A stretch of DNA of 64,000 bases, taken from contig OZ252239.1 in the NCBI GenBank assembly GCA_965249485.1, forward strand, positions 3,328,001 through 3,392,000, in the 5' to 3' direction. Both the position numbers and the translations under genes were made by a program. The notes below the pieces were generated by a model. It had not been told where the DNA came from. It searched no databases and worked only from the letters and a program-made list of their open reading frames with translations. How positions within the stretch are numbered: position 1 is the first letter of the stretch; each line of letters starts with the position of its first letter. This DNA is from a bacterium (GTDB lineage: Bacteria > SM23-31). This document shows, piece after piece, positions 41,302 through 53,566 of the stretch.

Positions 41302-42580
41302 TTAAAGCGTTTTCAGTTGTGTCTTATTTTCACGATAATACAGCTGCAGCTCCTGTGTCAATAGTTTACACCGTGCGTATTTACCTTCCTTCAGCAGTCC
41401 CATAGGTTGTAATAAAGATACTGCTTTAATTGAACGTTCGTAGTGTTCACAGTCAAAATGATCTTTCCTGCAGATAAAAAGCGACGGACTTTTAAATCCC
41501 TTAACCGGATAAGGCCATGCGCTGCCGCCTCCTGCAAACTTACATAAAGAGCGGATATTCTCAATTTTATTGTAAAAATCCCCGATTGATTTCATTCCCA
41601 GACCGTGTGTAATGGCATTCACAACATTTTTATTTAATTAATCATTCACGGCCCGAACGTTCAGATTGTCTATAATTTGCAAAGGTTTGAGTTGATTTCC
41701 GAATAATCCGCTTTCAAGTTGAAGATATATATTAGCCACCGTAATAATATTTGCCATCCAAATAGCACTATTGTCTTCGTGGGTAGCAAAACCGGTGTCG
41801 CCGAAATAATAGTCACTTACATATTTGATTGCTCTTAGAGCATCGGTGCTTATTTTGACCTTTTCTACAATAGCTGCTGATTTTCTATTTGCAGCATGAT
41901 AGTGTTTTTCTCTCGTATCCAGAGGAGCTTTTAATATTGGATCTACCTCTAAGATAGCTCCGATATTGTGAAACAAGGCTGCTTTAATCAAATTTTTATA
42001 TTCATCCTGTGAAAACTTTGTTTTATCTGGTAATAATCCGGTTTTCGATAGAGCGAATGCAAAAACAGCCACGGAAGCGGTATGATTAAAAATTTGCGAG
42101 GAACCCTTGCATTCGGAGGAATCAGTCATATATTTCATTTTATAGAGTTCAAGAGTAATGTTTTCATCGGATAATAATTCGTCCATATACGAATCAAGTT
42201 CTTCCGCTATTGATCCCAAAAATGTATCATAGACTTTATAACTCTGCCTGAATTTGGTAAGTTTTTTTAACTTGGAAATAATATCTTTTTTGAAACTTTG
42301 AGTAAGCTCGGCGCTTCTTTTAAGTTTGAAATGCAAATCCCACCCGGGATGATTTTCCTGTAAACCTAGTAAGCGGGTTACATTCTTATACGTGATCGGT
42401 ATACCTGTAGTATATAAGATCACATCATCGTAGCTTTTCAGATCTTCACCAAGATATAGTCCTGACAAAAAATTGCTTTCTTTATCGGGGTGGTATCGAA
42501 GTGCTTTTGAGAGCGCTTGAATTCCGACGAGTTCAAATTCGTCACTCGTCGGAAGAAAACATGTCCACGGCCTGGCTCAT
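41302..42580 (-). pseudogene. HD-domain-like protein with frameshift and in-frame TAA
   Basis: ATG 42580, frameshift in a T-run at ~42557, ORF with NHTASV...ALFHNIG, TAA at 41638-41640 in frame with ORF 41302..41622. Confidence 0.6.
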
Positions 42581-43202
42581 ATATGCTGTCCTGCATAAAC
42601 AGGTTTATACTGTTATTGTAGTAATTATTCTAATGAGTAGCGCTAACAGAGATTCAATATAGTATATTATACTAAATTATTTCAATAAAGTCTGTGATGG
42701 CCATCACAATTTAAAAAATAATTAATGGCAGCCGCATTTTTATAGCTGATTTTCTTTTGACATTAAAAATATAAAGACATTATACGGAGTGATAATTGAC
42801 TGCGCCAACTGTGCAATTGATGATTACTGTTGAATACGCAATCGAGTTGCATTGTGTTATCTGCTCCCCGGGCTGTACGACGTGCGAACAATATTGCTTG
42901 AATAGTTCTTCTGTTGTCCACGTGTTTCGCGCTCATAGGATCATGTTGAAAAAGTGCTATATGCATCAACTATAAGTCTATTAATAACAAATATATAGAT
43001 TTATCATTATTTTAAGGAATTTATAGTGCTATTGGCAAATGTGTCAACATGTGTTAAAAATCAGGGTTTTTCCAGATACAATGATCTTCGTAAAATTCAA
43101 AATATCCAGGATATTCTTGAGGTTTTTGGCACGTATAGACACAAAAGCCGGTATGATGGCTCGGTTTTAACGACTTCCCCTACGTACCCCACCTTCTTTC
43201 TT

Positions 43203-43250
43203 TAGTACACCCAGGAGGAGTCGAACCTCCTACTTTCTAATCCGTAGTCA
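43203..43250 (-). repeat. Degenerate copy of the tRNA-Arg 3' half (att-site duplication)
   Basis: 41/48 identity to 45993-46040, same orientation. Confidence 0.85.
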
Positions 43251-43306
43251 AGAATGAAGATTAAATATTCACCCTCTTTAAATTTAATATAAACAGATAC
43301 ATAAAC

Positions 43307-43415
43307 GCATGGCTGCTGTATATATTCTTAACAAATTCCATGTCACGGATGCCACAATTAACGCCATTTCACACCTATGTTGGCAAGAATTGGCAAGATA
43401 TTTTTATTTAACAAT
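43307..43415. repeat. 109-bp direct repeat, copy B
   Basis: Matches 31217-31325; lies between the katG stop and the att duplicate. Confidence 0.8.
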
Positions 43416-43433
43416 GAATCTTGACCTTTTTGA

Positions 43434-45638
<2,205 letters not shown>

Positions 45639-45794
45639 TCATTTTCAATAATGTTGTACATTTATTTTTTTTGAATTTTTTTTATACTGCTGAATATTTG
45701 GAGAATAATATTTTCGTAATAAAAATCTCATAACTTCATAATGTTAAATTATTATAAAAAAGCAATTACATATAATTAATTCAAATTGGATTTC

Positions 45795-45810
45795 ATTATA
45801 ATTATCATTA
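45795..45810 (-). promoter_or_regulatory. Fur/PerR-like box upstream of katG
   Basis: Minus strand TAATGATAATTATAAT matches the Fur-box core TAATGATAATCATTAT at 14/16; the region is AT-rich. Confidence 0.4.
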
Positions 45811-45992
45811 ATTATTTTTGCTTGATTGCATAATACATTCAACAAATAATGAAAATATCTTTGCCTCATTTCAGTGCAGTATATTTGAAAGAAGATATCG
45901 TGTTATTGCAGTACCAATATGAAGGAGGAATAGAGCCTCTGATCTATCACTTAGACCAGAGTGAGGGCCGTTATCTTGAATAGTACTCCAGA

Positions 45993-46069
45993 TGGTACGC
46001 CCAGGAGGAGTCGAACCCCCAACCTTCTGATCCGTAATCAGACGCTCTGTCCAATTGAGCTATGGGCGC
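45993..46069 (-). tRNA. tRNA-Arg(ACG)
   Basis: Cloverleaf with anticodon arm TCTGA-TTACGGA-TCAGA, GGTTCGACTCC, encoded CCA. Confidence 0.95.
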
Positions 46070-46086
46070 TTATTAAAAGACTAATT

Positions 46087-46115
46087 AATGTATAAAAAAT
46101 TCGGATTAAAGTCAA
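46087..46115 (-). promoter_or_regulatory. Sigma70-type promoter of tRNA-Arg
   Basis: TTGACT-17bp-TACATT. Confidence 0.6.
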
Positions 46116-46662
46116 GACTGTGTATTGTCTGATTCGGTCAGAGATTCATATCACCTCACACCGCGTTAAGGGTTTTGCAATACTGCCGAATACCTTCATA
46201 ATTATTCCTCAAAAATCCGTGGAAAACTCCCAATAAAACGTATAGGCTACTGATTCGCAAAATTTGGAACGTTACATACTAAATCTGATAAATAATTTAC
46301 ATTTTAGACTGTTCCGGTAACCAACTCAAAATTGAATCGCATCAGGTATAATTATTGCCGTTCCATTTAATGATTGTAGCGATTTATGAGAAAATGAGTT
46401 GCCAGTTGTTCAAAAATCATGTCGAAGACTTTGCAGGCAAACAGCACAACCTCATTATTATGAGCCACTCAGTCGGAAAGCATTGGCACGAACTGGAAAG
46501 TATGATTGAAGATTTTCACGGTGATTTTTCCGGTTCATAATAACTCGATTGTATCATCTTCATAATCCTAATTACCCCACTCCTACTTCTGTAATGAGTC
46601 ACTTTAAATGGTATTACGTATTACAATTCCCCAATTTCTCGCCACAATGAATTAATGAATTA

Positions 46663-47484
46663 CTACGATTTTGCGGGGATGATCTTTTTGAGAATCATTG
46701 CGGAGAACAGAACAACACCGAGTACAAGAATTACCGCGGGACCGCTCGGAAGATCCAACTGCCAGGAAAAATAGAGCCCCGCAACTGAGACAATCGTACC
46801 CATTATCCACGCTAAAATAATACGGGAGAACCAGCTTTTCATAAACAGTGCGGAAATGGAAGCAGGAATTACCAAAAATGCAAAGACAATTAGAATCCCT
46901 CCTATCTTTACTGAGTGCATGACAACAATACCAAGCGTTGCATAAAAAATAAAATCCCACAATTTAACATTGATCCCCAATTCCTGAGCTCGTTTCGAGT
47001 TTTCAGAAATTGCAATAAACTTCGCTCTGAATATATAGTGGATTGTACCAATTATATAATATACAATAATCGCTTTTACGATTTCTCCTCTTGAAACCCA
47101 TAGTATCGATCCGATCAACATCTCTTTTATATGCTCGGCAGCCCCCGCAATTCTATCCATAATCAGGACAGTTGCTGTAGATGAGATAGCATACGAAAGC
47201 CCGATAATTGCTTCTAATGGAATTTTAAGTTTTTCGTCTTTTATATATGCAAAAACTGCGGCTGCAAGTGTAGTGAACCCGATCGAAAAAAAATAGGTGC
47301 TATTGCTTTCGGCATCTATATTAAATAATAATGATACCGTAATTCCGAAAGCAGCGATTTGGGCCATTGCGATGTCGATAAAAATGATCTCCCGTTTAAG
47401 GACATGAATACCAAAATAGCCGAGTATTCCAATTGTCGATAGGCACGCAATAAAGGGATCAAACATGAAAACAAATATGTTCAC
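46663..47484 (-). CDS. ABC-3 family (ZnuB/MntB-like) permease 2
   Basis: FIDIAMAQIA, GSILW, DLPSGP; multiple TM helices. Confidence 0.88.
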   Translation of the reverse strand: MNIFVFMFDPFIACLSTIGILGYFGIHVLKREIIFIDIAMAQIAAFGITVSLLFNIDAESNSTYFFSIGFTTLAAAVFAYIKDEKLKIPLEAIIGLSYAISSTATVLIMDRIAGAAEHIKEMLIGSILWVSRGEIVKAIIVYYIIGTIHYIFRAKFIAISENSKRAQELGINVKLWDFIFYATLGIVVMHSVKIGGILIVFAFLVIPASISALFMKSWFSRIILAWIMGTIVSVAGLYFSWQLDLPSGPAVILVLGVVLFSAMILKKIIPAKS

Positions 47485-47502
47485 AGCTGTACTACCTCAC
47501 AC

Positions 47503-48321
47503 TTATTTAGATGTGACCAATCTATTGAACAGACCCGCTAAAACAAGACACAAACCAAGTGCACATACTATTGCCGGCCCATTTGGCAAGTCATACTGAT
47601 AAGATATAACAATTCCAAGAACAGAACCGATAAATCCTGCTCCCCATGAGATAAGAACTTTTGATTTCCATGTACTTCCAAAGAGAGCCGCAATCGAAGC
47701 GGGAGCGATGAGAAAAGCAAACACAACAAAAATTCCTCCTATTGCTACCGCTTTCACTACGACAATGCTAAACGAAATGAAAAAGAGAAAATCAAGCGAC
47801 ATGAGTGTTCTTTTAGTCATTCCGCCAGTTTTGTTCGATGATATCGCTATAAATTTTTTACCAAAATATATATGTACGAGACCCACAACAGCAAACAATA
47901 ACAAACTGATTAAAACTTCATTCCATGTTACCCAGAGTATATTGCCGGTAAACGTTTCCTTGATAAAGTTCGAACCTCCCGGAATTTTTTCGGCAAGTGT
48001 AATCGAAAGTGCCAATGAAAGACCGTACGTAACCCCGATAACGGCTTCTACCGGCACACCTTCTTTATCAAATTTCAAAAGCGGAAACATCGATACAACG
48101 AGCATCGTAAAGCCGAGAGAAAAAAAGGTGGTTGATAATGATTCAGCATTGAGTCCGATTATAATGCCAATCATTGTTCCAAGTGCAGCAATCTGGGCGA
48201 GAGCAATATCGATAAAAATTATTCCTCTCGTCAGGATATGGTTACCGAAGTAACTTAATATTCCAACGAGAAGCAGACAAATTGTGAACGGTGGAGATAA
48301 AAAAAGAATCGTATCCCACAT
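47503..48321 (-). CDS. ABC-3 family permease 1
   Basis: FIDIALAQIA, GNILW, DLPNGP; paralog of its neighbour. Confidence 0.88.
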   Translation of the reverse strand: MWDTILFLSPPFTICLLLVGILSYFGNHILTRGIIFIDIALAQIAALGTMIGIIIGLNAESLSTTFFSLGFTMLVVSMFPLLKFDKEGVPVEAVIGVTYGLSLALSITLAEKIPGGSNFIKETFTGNILWVTWNEVLISLLLFAVVGLVHIYFGKKFIAISSNKTGGMTKRTLMSLDFLFFISFSIVVVKAVAIGGIFVVFAFLIAPASIAALFGSTWKSKVLISWGAGFIGSVLGIVISYQYDLPNGPAIVCALGLCLVLAGLFNRLVTSK

Positions 48322-48326
48322 TGAAC

Positions 48327-49412
48327 TTACTCCGTTATATTTTCATTTATCGCTTCGATCCAGTAGTCGATCATTTCAAATACATTGGTTACCTCCGGTA
48401 CACCATGCACCGCAAAGGGAAGGAATACCGCCTTGACCCCGGTCCGCTCTTCTATTTTTCTTGGGGAGTTACGTTCAAAGTGATTGGCAACAATCATCAA
48501 TCCGATTTTTTGATCATTGATAAGCCGGATAATTTCCTGAACATGTTTTGCAGACGGTGGAATCCCCGGTTTTGGTTCGACATAACCGAGAATCTCAAGT
48601 CCGAATGTATCTGCAAAATAAATCCAATTTTTATGATAGGCAACTATTTCTTTATTACGGAACGGCATTGCTTTTGCCAGCCAACCACCGAGACGGCCTT
48701 GAAGAGTCTCACCCTGATAGTGGCGTGCGAGAAAATCTATCAATGTGTGATTTTGGAGAAGCTTACTCAAAGTCTCTCCACCGAGTAGATCGACAAGATC
48801 ATCGCCGAACAGAGTCCTATCAACGTTATCAATAAATTCATCCCGACGCCGATTGTAGATATCAGCATGTGCCGGATCAACTTTTTTTAATCCAATGGTA
48901 ATATTACTTGCAATCGTCTTCCAGTTGAGTGGACCCGTGTGGATATGGGGATTTCCCATCGGATGAATATCACCTTCGGTTCGGCTCACAACCGGCACAA
49001 CCTGAAGCATCCGTATGCCATACGATGCGGATACAAAACCGGTTTCACCATCCATGATATTCGAATTTCGTGCTTTGTCTATGAGTGTTGCCGACCAGAG
49101 TTCGAGATCAAGGCCTGTTGTAATCCACATATCTGCATCGCTGAGCATCAGAGCAAAACTCGGTTTCGGCGGAACAAAATGGGGGTCCTGATCTCCCTGT
49201 GAAATGTAGAGCACCTCGCCATAATCCTGAACAATATACTCTGCTATTGAGGCAAAATGAGAAAATGAACTGACTATCTTTAATTTATCGTTACTCTGGC
49301 ACAAAGCTGTCTGCTGATTATTAAAAAACATAATAGCAAATATCATAATCCATAAAGGTGATGACGCTATCTTTTTAATTCTCATTGTCATTATAGTATT
49401 CTCCGTAAACAT
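48327..49412 (-). CDS. Zn/Mn-type metal substrate-binding protein (ZnuA/TroA family)
   Basis: QDPHF, GDIHPMGNPH, AYH, EPKPGIPP; start uncertain. Confidence 0.9.
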   Translation of the reverse strand: MFTENTIMTMRIKKIASSPLWIMIFAIMFFNNQQTALCQSNDKLKIVSSFSHFASIAEYIVQDYGEVLYISQGDQDPHFVPPKPSFALMLSDADMWITTGLDLELWSATLIDKARNSNIMDGETGFVSASYGIRMLQVVPVVSRTEGDIHPMGNPHIHTGPLNWKTIASNITIGLKKVDPAHADIYNRRRDEFIDNVDRTLFGDDLVDLLGGETLSKLLQNHTLIDFLARHYQGETLQGRLGGWLAKAMPFRNKEIVAYHKNWIYFADTFGLEILGYVEPKPGIPPSAKHVQEIIRLINDQKIGLMIVANHFERNSPRKIEERTGVKAVFLPFAVHGVPEVTNVFEMIDYWIEAINENITE

Positions 49413-49426
49413 TATATTAAAATAGA

Positions 49427-50773
49427 TTAATATGCTTCATGCTTATGGGGACCCATTGCCCATACAACTTGGAGTGTAAAAGAGTTGTCATCAGGTACCG
49501 CTTCATCATTAACGAAAATATCCCTATCGGTATAACCGTACTGGAACCGGATAAAGACAAATTCGCTTTGCCAGAAATCGAGATTGACTCTGTAATCCCA
49601 TTCATGTTGTTCGCTATCGTAGGGCAGCTCGGAATAGCCGACACGGCCGCCGAGAACAAAACGCCTGTTTAATCTATTCTGAAGTGATGAGTAAAAACCA
49701 AAAGTGTCAATATCAGGACCGGAGGTTTCCTGTTTACTCATAATAAATTCTGTTTTCCAGTCAATTGATCTGTATAATGATCGGAGCGCTGGTGTCCATT
49801 TCACAACCATTCCGAGTCCGCTGACATAGGTGACAAAATTTTCTTCAGCATCATTGTGTCCGGCAGCGCCACTCAGAATCCATTCAATATAGGTGTCATT
49901 GGTCACATCGTAATAGTTCTTCAAATATCCGGTATAGACAAGCCGATATTTCCCATTATCCGCAAAACTGAATCCGCTTCCACCCTTTATGACAGATAAA
50001 TCGAGTGTCTGCACATCGGCAAAGATGCTTGGCAGAATAAAGTTTGACTCAATACCAAATCCTCTGAGTCCTTCAACACTAAAATAATTTGCCAATACAC
50101 GTGGTTTGTCAAATTGCGGCAGCGCATGCGGGTGCCATTTATTCAATATACCGAATTCGGGACGGAATAGCCCAACTTTGACATTTGATTTTAACGGTAA
50201 ATTCAACCAGTCAAGATAGGCTTCCTCAACTCCTATCTCTTCCTCACTGAATACAAAGTAAGATTTTCCGCGTGTAAACGGATCGAGGGCAGCCTGAAGT
50301 GAGACTTCTACCTCACGGAGAATGAAGTTATTATTTGGATAGGCCGATTCATTGATTTCCTCGGTGATCAGTTCACTTTTTGAGCTGCTGACGCCACCGT
50401 AAAAATCACCTGTCATGGTAATGTTTGGATTAAATGCCTGTAATTGACGAATACCGGTCGAAAACCGCTTGCCGACATTCTCGGTCTCCTCCCGCTCTTG
50501 CGTGGAAAGCTGTGACGCTTCTTCAAGAAGCAGTTGCAGTTCGTCCTCCATTTCCTGTTCGGAAAGTTTATTCTTTAATTCGGTAATGAGTTTTTCAAGT
50601 TCCTGTATTTTTATATCCTGCTGAGAAATTAATAGTTGCAATTCTTGTTTGAGTTTTTCAAGCTCTTCAGATACATTCTGATTTTTTTCTTGTGTGTCCT
50701 GCCCAAAAACAGGACAATTAATACAAAAAATCGTTATATTTGCAAATAGGAGAATAGTAATTAATTTTTTCAT
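49427..50773 (-). CDS. Outer-membrane porin-like protein with N-terminal coiled coil
   Basis: Signal peptide, coiled coil, beta-strand-rich body, HPHA, C-terminal GPHKHEAY. Start MKKLI at 50773 is assumed. Confidence 0.75.
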   Translation of the reverse strand: MKKLITILLFANITIFCINCPVFGQDTQEKNQNVSEELEKLKQELQLLISQQDIKIQELEKLITELKNKLSEQEMEDELQLLLEEASQLSTQEREETENVGKRFSTGIRQLQAFNPNITMTGDFYGGVSSSKSELITEEINESAYPNNNFILREVEVSLQAALDPFTRGKSYFVFSEEEIGVEEAYLDWLNLPLKSNVKVGLFRPEFGILNKWHPHALPQFDKPRVLANYFSVEGLRGFGIESNFILPSIFADVQTLDLSVIKGGSGFSFADNGKYRLVYTGYLKNYYDVTNDTYIEWILSGAAGHNDAEENFVTYVSGLGMVVKWTPALRSLYRSIDWKTEFIMSKQETSGPDIDTFGFYSSLQNRLNRRFVLGGRVGYSELPYDSEQHEWDYRVNLDFWQSEFVFIRFQYGYTDRDIFVNDEAVPDDNSFTLQVVWAMGPHKHEAY

Positions 50774-50963
50774 CTCTGTGCCCCAAACTCGGTACATTGT
50801 TAACGCATAAGTTACGTCGGAATAACATATAATGTTATTACACCGTACCTTACTTTCGCTGGAAATATTGTACCAAATGATCAATCAGTCATTCAACAGC
50901 AAATAGCTGTGTATAACTGTGTGTGCTGATTGATTAATCGGAATCTTCAACGAAAGCAATTAA

Positions 50964-51383
50964 TCATATAACAGGGGGTGGAGCTCTATGGGATGGAAGA
51001 CAAGAAAGATGTAATGATACTAATCTATAACTTGATACATTCTGAATATTCTTACCAAGAGGTATGAAGTCGCTTCCAATTGTCTTGATACTATTGGAAT
51101 TAAATGAAAAACCGATAGCACACAAAAAACAGATTTTATTCACTATCAAAGATTCAATATGAATATGACTGACACGCGAAGTATTACCAGCATTGACGTT
51201 ATGATTTTCGGTTTCATGCACTGAATTGATTTCAGCACTCGACAAAATGTTCGTGATTTTGGAAGTATTTTCAGTTACGGCACCGGAATGTAAAAAAGGA
51301 ATATCAAATGTGAGGACAAATAATGAAAAATAGAGAATGTATGCTATTGAGAGTGATTTAATATGTCTGTTTTGAAGTTGCAT
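50964..51383 (-). CDS. DUF2946/CruR-like leader protein with CxxC and C-terminal RAPP arrest motif
   Basis: N-terminal hydrophobic helix, His-containing linker, CFLC, then 44 residues to HRAPPPVI-stop; first gene of the metal-uptake operon. Confidence 0.7.
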   Translation of the reverse strand: MQLQNRHIKSLSIAYILYFSLFVLTFDIPFLHSGAVTENTSKITNILSSAEINSVHETENHNVNAGNTSRVSHIHIESLIVNKICFLCAIGFSFNSNSIKTIGSDFIPLGKNIQNVSSYRLVSLHLSCLPSHRAPPPVI

Positions 51384-51576
51384 AATTTCAAAATTGCAGT
51401 CAACAGTGGAATTGGGCAGTAAAGTACATGTTCAAGCTTCAAAAAGCAAGAAATAATCAATTATTGAAACTGTACGACCCGCCATCTATAAATAGATAAC
51501 ATTTTATATACAGATAAATCGCATTATTATTCAACACAATTCATAAAGGCTGTATACCCCTACGGATTATGATATT

Positions 51577-52458
51577 ATGAAATACATGATCTATTGTTCT
51601 CTCATCACTGGCGTCATATGTGGTTTTACTTTTCCACAGTTACGCATTCTGATGCCGTATCTTCCCTACTTCGTAGCAATTATGCTATTGTTCAACTTTA
51701 TCGACATCAAAATGCAATACAAAAATTTACTGCGGCCGGAACTGATCGTTACTTTTCTGCTGACTGTTGTCATTATGCCGCTACTCAGTTATTACCTTTT
51801 ATCATTACCATTTCATGAGCATTATAGGATCGGAATTCTTCTCGTGGCACTTTCGCCGAGCGGTATAATTTTACTCGTCCTAATCAGATATGTACCTGAC
51901 AAAAATTATGATCTCATTTTCAGTAACTTTCTATTTACCACATTTGGTTCAATTCTATATATACCTTTTATGGTAAAGGTAATTATAGGGCAGAATATTC
52001 ACATTGACAGCACACACCTTCTCTATCAAACCGCACTGCTGGTATTGGGACCGTTTCTTGCCAGTAGAATTATTTTGAGACTGCCATGGCCTGGTGTTAT
52101 CGGATTGACTCGCAGAATTTCGGGTAAAGCAATACTGGTGCTCGTTTTCTGCATTGTATCGGGATCACTGAGTGGTCTGTCCGGATCAATATCATGGGAC
52201 ACCTCCCTGATCGGTGTTTCAGTAATTGTCTTATCGATATACATAATACAGGGTGGTCTCGGGTATTTTGTCGGTTCTTTAATAGGTGACAAGAGCACAA
52301 AGCAGACCCTTGCTATGATCTGCTCTTCCCGGAACACACAACTTGTGATAGCACTTGCACTGCTTCATTTCCCGCCACTCGTAATCGTACCGGCAATAAT
52401 CTCGATATTTCTCCACCACAGTACTAATGCTTTCTGGCTCTGGTTGTTCCGTGAATAA
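51577..52458 (+). CDS. Bile acid:sodium symporter family transporter
   Basis: Polytopic; ALSPSG and SSRNTQL motifs. Confidence 0.7.
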   Translation: MKYMIYCSLITGVICGFTFPQLRILMPYLPYFVAIMLLFNFIDIKMQYKNLLRPELIVTFLLTVVIMPLLSYYLLSLPFHEHYRIGILLVALSPSGIILLVLIRYVPDKNYDLIFSNFLFTTFGSILYIPFMVKVIIGQNIHIDSTHLLYQTALLVLGPFLASRIILRLPWPGVIGLTRRISGKAILVLVFCIVSGSLSGLSGSISWDTSLIGVSVIVLSIYIIQGGLGYFVGSLIGDKSTKQTLAMICSSRNTQLVIALALLHFPPLVIVPAIISIFLHHSTNAFWLWLFRE

Positions 52459-52584
52459 TCTGAATGATTAAATTATACTCATGTGGTAATGATATTCATA
52501 TATGGTCATCTGAATGAAGCCGAATAATCTTTAATTTCTTAAATCAGCATAGATTTTCTTACTAATGAATCATCGAGAATACAC

Positions 52585-52613
52585 TTGACAAAATGAACGC
52601 AATTGAGTAAATT
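52585..52613 (+). promoter_or_regulatory. Sigma70-type promoter of tRNA-Val
   Basis: TTGACA-17bp-TAAATT. Confidence 0.7.
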
Positions 52614-52639
52614 TTGGTTTAAGTTTTTAGACAAATGAA

Positions 52640-52714
52640 GGGCGATTAGCTCAGTTGGTTTAGAGTGCCTGCCTTACAAGCAGGAAGTCACTGGTTCGAA
52701 TCCAGTATCGCCCA
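52640..52714 (+). tRNA. tRNA-Val(TAC)
   Basis: GGGCGAT/ATCGCCC acceptor stem, CCTGC-CTTACAA-GCAGG, GGTTCGAATCC; CCA not encoded. Confidence 0.95.
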
Positions 52715-52767
52715 CTCTGCAAAACCATTCCTTATAACAACTTACTTTTTTTAACTTTTTCATTATA

Positions 52768-53012
52768 ATGCGCTATGGAGCGGGACCCGGTCTCGGTGGT
52801 GATGAACTGATTGAACCGGCACCTTTACAACCCGAAGGCGGCTATGCGGTCTATGCAAATACGACGTATGCAATGGAAATTCACACAATGACGTCGGTCC
52901 TCGAATGGGGCGGCTGGATGTCCGCATCACGATGGAACAAAATGTCGTCATGACTGAAAAAGATCTTGTATTCCTCGGCGGCAGTCAAGTCGAATGGTAT
53001 GTGATTCGATAA
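52768..53012 (+). pseudogene. C-terminal fragment of an M24-like peptidase paralog
   Basis: MRYG...YANTTYAME...EWGG, frameshift, DVRITMEQNVVMTEK...GGSQVEWYVIR-TAA; parallels the C-terminus of 26824..28272. Confidence 0.65.
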
Positions 53013-53050
53013 GGCTCTCATTAACGAACGCACTATCCATCAAAATTATA

Positions 53051-53088
53051 AAAGCCCTTACTCATAGTGAATAGGGGCTTTTTGTTTT
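53051..53088 (+). terminator. Intrinsic terminator
   Basis: AAAGCCCTTA...TAGGGGCTTT stem followed by a T-tract. Confidence 0.7.
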
Positions 53089-53137
53089 CAGGGATCGATT
53101 ACGTGTATAGCAATCTCAATGACTTCTCAAGCAATAG

Positions 53138-53566
53138 TTATGCTCTATAGGTATCACCCTTCCAGTTTTTGATTGCTTTTTTAATATCTTTTTCAGACAT
53201 ATTTTCGGCAGCGGCTTTTTTTGCTAACTCCACGAACTCATCATCCGGAGCAAATCGGAGGCCAATTACCTGGCGGGTGGTGATTTTAGAATCCAGAAGC
53301 GCTCCCGTCAGGACAAAATGACGCAGGTTCTCCTCTGCCCTAATTGCTCTGTCCTGAGCTTTCAGTGCAAACGTCCTCATGTAAAAAAACAAAATAAAAA
53401 CACATGTCGTTACTACAAAGATCCATGAAGCGCTATACAATCCTGTAGTCCCGAATGATTTAACAAGATTTACAATTGAACCGATAACCGATAGTAAAAG
53501 CGCGATCGACACCACAAAATGGTACTGTGGTACCCACCGAGCATGATTTTCGTAGTTCTTCTCCAT
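53138..53566 (-). CDS. DUF6526-like small membrane protein
   Basis: NYENH, QDRAIRAEENLR, LRFAPD, IKNWKGDTYR. Confidence 0.75.
   Translation of the reverse strand: MEKNYENHARWVPQYHFVVSIALLLSVIGSIVNLVKSFGTTGLYSASWIFVVTTCVFILFFYMRTFALKAQDRAIRAEENLRHFVLTGALLDSKITTRQVIGLRFAPDDEFVELAKKAAAENMSEKDIKKAIKNWKGDTYRA

Noticed and set aside
42763..42969. 68-aa minus-strand ORF near the att duplicate
   Set aside because: Short, weak start, and no recognisable protein features.
45722..45749. dif-like Xer site (…CATAA-CTTCA-TAATGTTAAAT)
   Set aside because: The XerD-like arm matches 10/11, but the spacer is 5 bp, the other arm is poor and the context is AT-rich.
46355..46540. Short ORF between tRNA-Arg and the permeases
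   Set aside because: No RBS or motif recognised; it may be a fragment but cannot be supported.
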